A DNA stretch of 64,000 nt from Candidatus Xenobia bacterium (lineage in GTDB: Bacteria > Vulcanimicrobiota > Xenobia > Xenobiales > QWHO01), in NCBI GenBank assembly GCA_045863235.1, contig BTUM01000018.1:50922-114921 (forward strand), given 5' to 3'. The position numbers were made by a program, and so were the translations under genes. Below the pieces are notes generated by a model. It searched no databases. It worked only from the letters and a program-made list of their open reading frames with translations, and was not told where the DNA came from. Shown piece by piece: positions 61,255 through 64,000 of the stretch (position 1 is its first letter; each line of letters begins with the position of its first letter).

Positions 61255-61454
61255 TGGAGATTCAAGAGGTTCAGGTGGTCATCGGCCCCGATGGCCAGGT
61301 GCAGATCGAGGTCAACGGCGTCAAAGGGGGCGGTTGCCTGGAGCTGACCGAGCAGCTCGAGAAGGCGCTGGGCACGGTCTCGAGCCGGGAGATGACCCCC
61401 GAGGCTCACCAGCATGTGGAGGTCTCTCAGGACGCTCAAGTTTGGGGCGGCTGA
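61254..61454 (+). CDS. DUF2997 family protein
   Basis: IGPDGQVQIEVNGVKGGGCLELTEQLEKALG..REMTPE; TAATG overlap. Confidence 0.85.
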   Translation: MEIQEVQVVIGPDGQVQIEVNGVKGGGCLELTEQLEKALGTVSSREMTPEAHQHVEVSQDAQVWGG

Positions 61455-61987
61455 AGCTCCATCACTTCCTGAAGGGCAGCCGGGCCAACGGTCCCGGGTT
61501 GCGCGCGGTGCTCTGGGTGCAGGGTTGCTCGCTGGGCTGCCCGGGCTGCTTCAATCCCGAGACGCACGCGTTCGAGGGTGGCCAGGAGTGGGAGGTCGAT
61601 TCCCTCTTCGAGGAGATTCGCGCCCTGGACGCGATCGAGGGCCTCACCATCAGCGGGGGCGAGCCCCTGCAGCAACGCGCTCCCCTGCTCGAGCTGTTGG
61701 GTCGGGTGCGCCACGAAACCCACCTTTCAGTGCTGATCTTCACCGGGTTCGCCTATGAGGAGCTGCGCTGCCCCGAGTTGCTCGAGCTGGCCGACGTGCT
61801 GTTGTGCGGCCGTTACCTTGAAAAGGAGCGTTTGGCCACCGGCTTGATCGGCTCGGCCAACAAGACGGTGCACTTTCTCACCGACCGTTACCGCATGAGC
61901 GACCTGGAGGCGGTGCCGGTGGGAGAGGTGGTCATCGGGCCCGAAGGGGTGGTGGTCTATACCGGGATCGACCCGCTGAGGAGCTGA
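61442..61987 (+). CDS. Small radical SAM protein (NrdG/activase-like)
   Basis: NGPGLR, CSLGCPGC (CxxxCxxC), SGGEP; TTG start at 61442 overlapping the DUF2997 end. Confidence 0.88.
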   Translation: MGRLKLHHFLKGSRANGPGLRAVLWVQGCSLGCPGCFNPETHAFEGGQEWEVDSLFEEIRALDAIEGLTISGGEPLQQRAPLLELLGRVRHETHLSVLIFTGFAYEELRCPELLELADVLLCGRYLEKERLATGLIGSANKTVHFLTDRYRMSDLEAVPVGEVVIGPEGVVVYTGIDPLRS

Positions 61988-61989
61988 CG

Positions 61990-63531
61990 GTGGACTTCGA
62001 AGACCAGCTGGAAATCTTTCTGCGAGCCCGCTTCACGCTGATCGCCGTGACCACTGTCGAGGAAGAGCGCGCCCTGGAGGCGATCGCCCGGGTCTGTAAA
62101 CGCAACAACCTGGGCTGCGTCAGTTGGGACGTGGCCGATACCTTCGTGCGCCTGTTGCCCGGCCACGAGGAGCTGACCTCGGCTCGCGAGCCCTTCACCG
62201 CGCTGGAGAAGATTGGCGCCTACCGCGGCGATGCCGTCTTCGTGCTCAAGGACTTCCACGACTTTCTCAACGTGCCCCAGGTGCGCCGCAAGCTCAAGAG
62301 CCTGGCCTACCAGCTCAAGGTCTCGCGGCGCCACCTGGTGGTGCTCACGCCCTTCGCGAAGGTTCCCGAGGAGCTGCGCGACGTGTGGGTGCCGCTCGAC
62401 CTCCCCATGCCGTTGGCGGGCGAGCTCGACCAGCTCGTGACCCAGCTCTCCAACGTGGCCGGAGGCAGCGTGCGGCTCACACCGCTGGGCCGCGAGAAGC
62501 TGGTGCAGGCGGCCCTGGGTCTGACCGCCTCGCAGGCTTCGCGGGCCTTCGCCAAGGCGCTGGTGACCGATGGCTGCCTGGATGACCGCGACATCGGCCT
62601 GGTCACCGAAGAAAAGCGCCTGATCCTGCGCGAGAGCGAGGCGCTGGAGTTCTTCCCGGTGACCGAGACGGCGGCCGACGTGGGCGGGCTGGGGGTGCTC
62701 AAAGACTGGCTGCGTCTGCGCGAGCGGGCGTTCACCAAGGAGGCCAGCGACTACGGCCTGCCCACTCCCAAAGGGATCGCCCTGGTGGGCATTCCCGGCA
62801 CCGGCAAGAGCCTGACCGCCAAGATGATCGGCGGACTGTGGAACATGCCGGTGGTGCGGTTGGACGTGGGAAGCTTGTTCGGCAGCCTGCTCGGCGAGTC
62901 CGAGGAGAAGGCCCGTCGGGCTCTGCGCCTGGCCGAGACCGTTGCCCCCTGCATTCTGTGGATGGACGAGATCGACAAGTCACTGGGCGTGGGCACGGGG
63001 GCCCTGGATCAGGGCACCAGCCGCCGGGTGCTGGGCACGCTGATCACCTGGATGCAGGAAAAGAAGGCCCCCTGCTTCGTAGTGGCCACGGCCAACGACA
63101 TCCAGACCCTGCCCCCCGAGCTGTTGCGGCGTGGCCGCTTCGACGAGATGTTCTTTCTGGATCTGCCCACCCTGGAGGAACGGCGCGAGATTCTGGCGGT
63201 GCACATCACCCGCCGTCACCGCCTGCCCCACGATTATGACATCGCCCGCCTGGCCGGGATGTCCGAGGGCTACGTGGGAGCCGAGCTCGAGCAAGCGGTG
63301 GTGGACGCCATGTTCTACGCTTTCAGCCAGGACCGCGAATTCACCACTGAGGACGTGGCCCGGGCCATCCAGCAGCAGGTGCCGCTGAGCAGCACCCAGC
63401 GCGAGGTGGTGGAGGGGCTGCGCAAGTGGCTGCTCGAGGGGCGGGCCCAGTCGGCTTCCTTCCGCGAGGTCACCGAGGCCCAGCAGAAGGCAGTGCCGCT
63501 GCAACTGGTCAAGCGCTCGTACGGGGTCTGA
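61990..63531 (+). CDS. Ycf46-family AAA+ ATPase
   Basis: Degenerate N-terminal AAA (EEERA, LKDFH), [24 protein letters not shown]. Confidence 0.9.
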   Translation: MDFEDQLEIFLRARFTLIAVTTVEEERALEAIARVCKRNNLGCVSWDVADTFVRLLPGHEELTSAREPFTALEKIGAYRGDAVFVLKDFHDFLNVPQVRRKLKSLAYQLKVSRRHLVVLTPFAKVPEELRDVWVPLDLPMPLAGELDQLVTQLSNVAGGSVRLTPLGREKLVQAALGLTASQASRAFAKALVTDGCLDDRDIGLVTEEKRLILRESEALEFFPVTETAADVGGLGVLKDWLRLRERAFTKEASDYGLPTPKGIALVGIPGTGKSLTAKMIGGLWNMPVVRLDVGSLFGSLLGESEEKARRALRLAETVAPCILWMDEIDKSLGVGTGALDQGTSRRVLGTLITWMQEKKAPCFVVATANDIQTLPPELLRRGRFDEMFFLDLPTLEERREILAVHITRRHRLPHDYDIARLAGMSEGYVGAELEQAVVDAMFYAFSQDREFTTEDVARAIQQQVPLSSTQREVVEGLRKWLLEGRAQSASFREVTEAQQKAVPLQLVKRSYGV

Positions 63532-63553
63532 TCTTCAGCGTACTGGAGAGCCT

Positions 63554-63850
63554 CTAAGCTGCTGGAGGCTCGAGACGCGCTTCCAGTCGGCGCAGGCGTT
63601 CCTCGTGGTCTTGCAGGATGGCCTCTTGAGCGGATCGCTCTTCGGCCACCAGCTGAGTCAGCTCGCAGTGGGACCGCTCGGACTGCAGCGAGTGGGACCG
63701 CTCCAGGGCGGCTTGCTCCAGAAAGGCCAGACGCATCTCGGTGAAGGCCTTCTCCATGATGCCGCGGTTGGTAGCCAGTGCCTCCCGAAAGTGGTTGCCC
63801 TCGCGCTCGACGCGCCGTTCCAGGGTCTTGAGTCTCTCCTCGAAGGTCAT
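63554..63850 (-). CDS. Small coiled-coil hypothetical protein
   Basis: MTFEERLKTLERR...DHEERLRRLE; GAGGAG SD. Confidence 0.7.
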   Translation of the reverse strand: MTFEERLKTLERRVEREGNHFREALATNRGIMEKAFTEMRLAFLEQAALERSHSLQSERSHCELTQLVAEERSAQEAILQDHEERLRRLEARLEPPAA

Positions 63851-64000
63851 GCTGCTTCTCCTCGGGGGAAGAAGGAGCCGGACGCCTGTGGTCTGGCTCG
63901 AATGATGCCATGCTAGCACGAGCTTGAGAATGTGTCAATTCGACGGGGGTGCTGATCGAATCTCTCGGTTAACTCTCGGTGTTGCTTTTTCTACTCGTGG

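Noticed and set aside
61442..61987. Calling the radical SAM gene nrdG
   Set aside because: No nrdD nearby, and its context is the DUF1257/DUF2997/Ycf46 operon, so the symbol was withheld.
63668..63703. Short direct repeat GTGGGACCGCTC x2
   Set aside because: Lies within a coiled-coil CDS and simply encodes ERSH twice.

Overview
High-GC bacterial chromosomal window, mostly densely coding. No rRNA, intact tRNA, CRISPR array, integrase or transposase was recognised. The gene mix (LptA-like protein, YqzL-like peptide, multiple minor-pilin triads, PilZ proteins) suggests a diderm Terrabacteria lineage such as Ca. Eremiobacterota; this is inference only. Housekeeping content: Lon, sucCD, meaB plus a methylmalonyl-CoA mutase B12-binding subunit, serA-like dehydrogenase, beta-oxidation fadN/fadA, threonine aldolase, murQ-spoIID and a sodium:solute symporter. 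Accessory or unusual content: (i) an integrase-less islet at about 12.25-16.6 kb with two 73-bp direct repeats resembling tRNA-3'-end att sites with arm-type repeats, carrying an AAA_14-type ATPase, a PIN TA pair and a hicB whose hicA is truncated and fused to a membrane ORF; (ii) a tightly coupled DUF1257-DUF2997-small radical SAM-Ycf46 AAA operon of unknown function (60.9-63.5 kb), the best candidate for an undescribed system; (iii) a ~180-nt multi-stem leader before a 33-aa YqzL-like peptide with its own promoter and terminator; (iv) a 103-bp MITE-like insertion with a CTAG target duplication; (v) an Fe(III)-type ABC transporter coupled to a pentaheme cytochrome c; (vi) two minor-pilin triads, an orphan PilN/PilO-like pair and a PilP/secretin-N0-like fusion. 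Family calls come from motif recognition by eye, not database searches.
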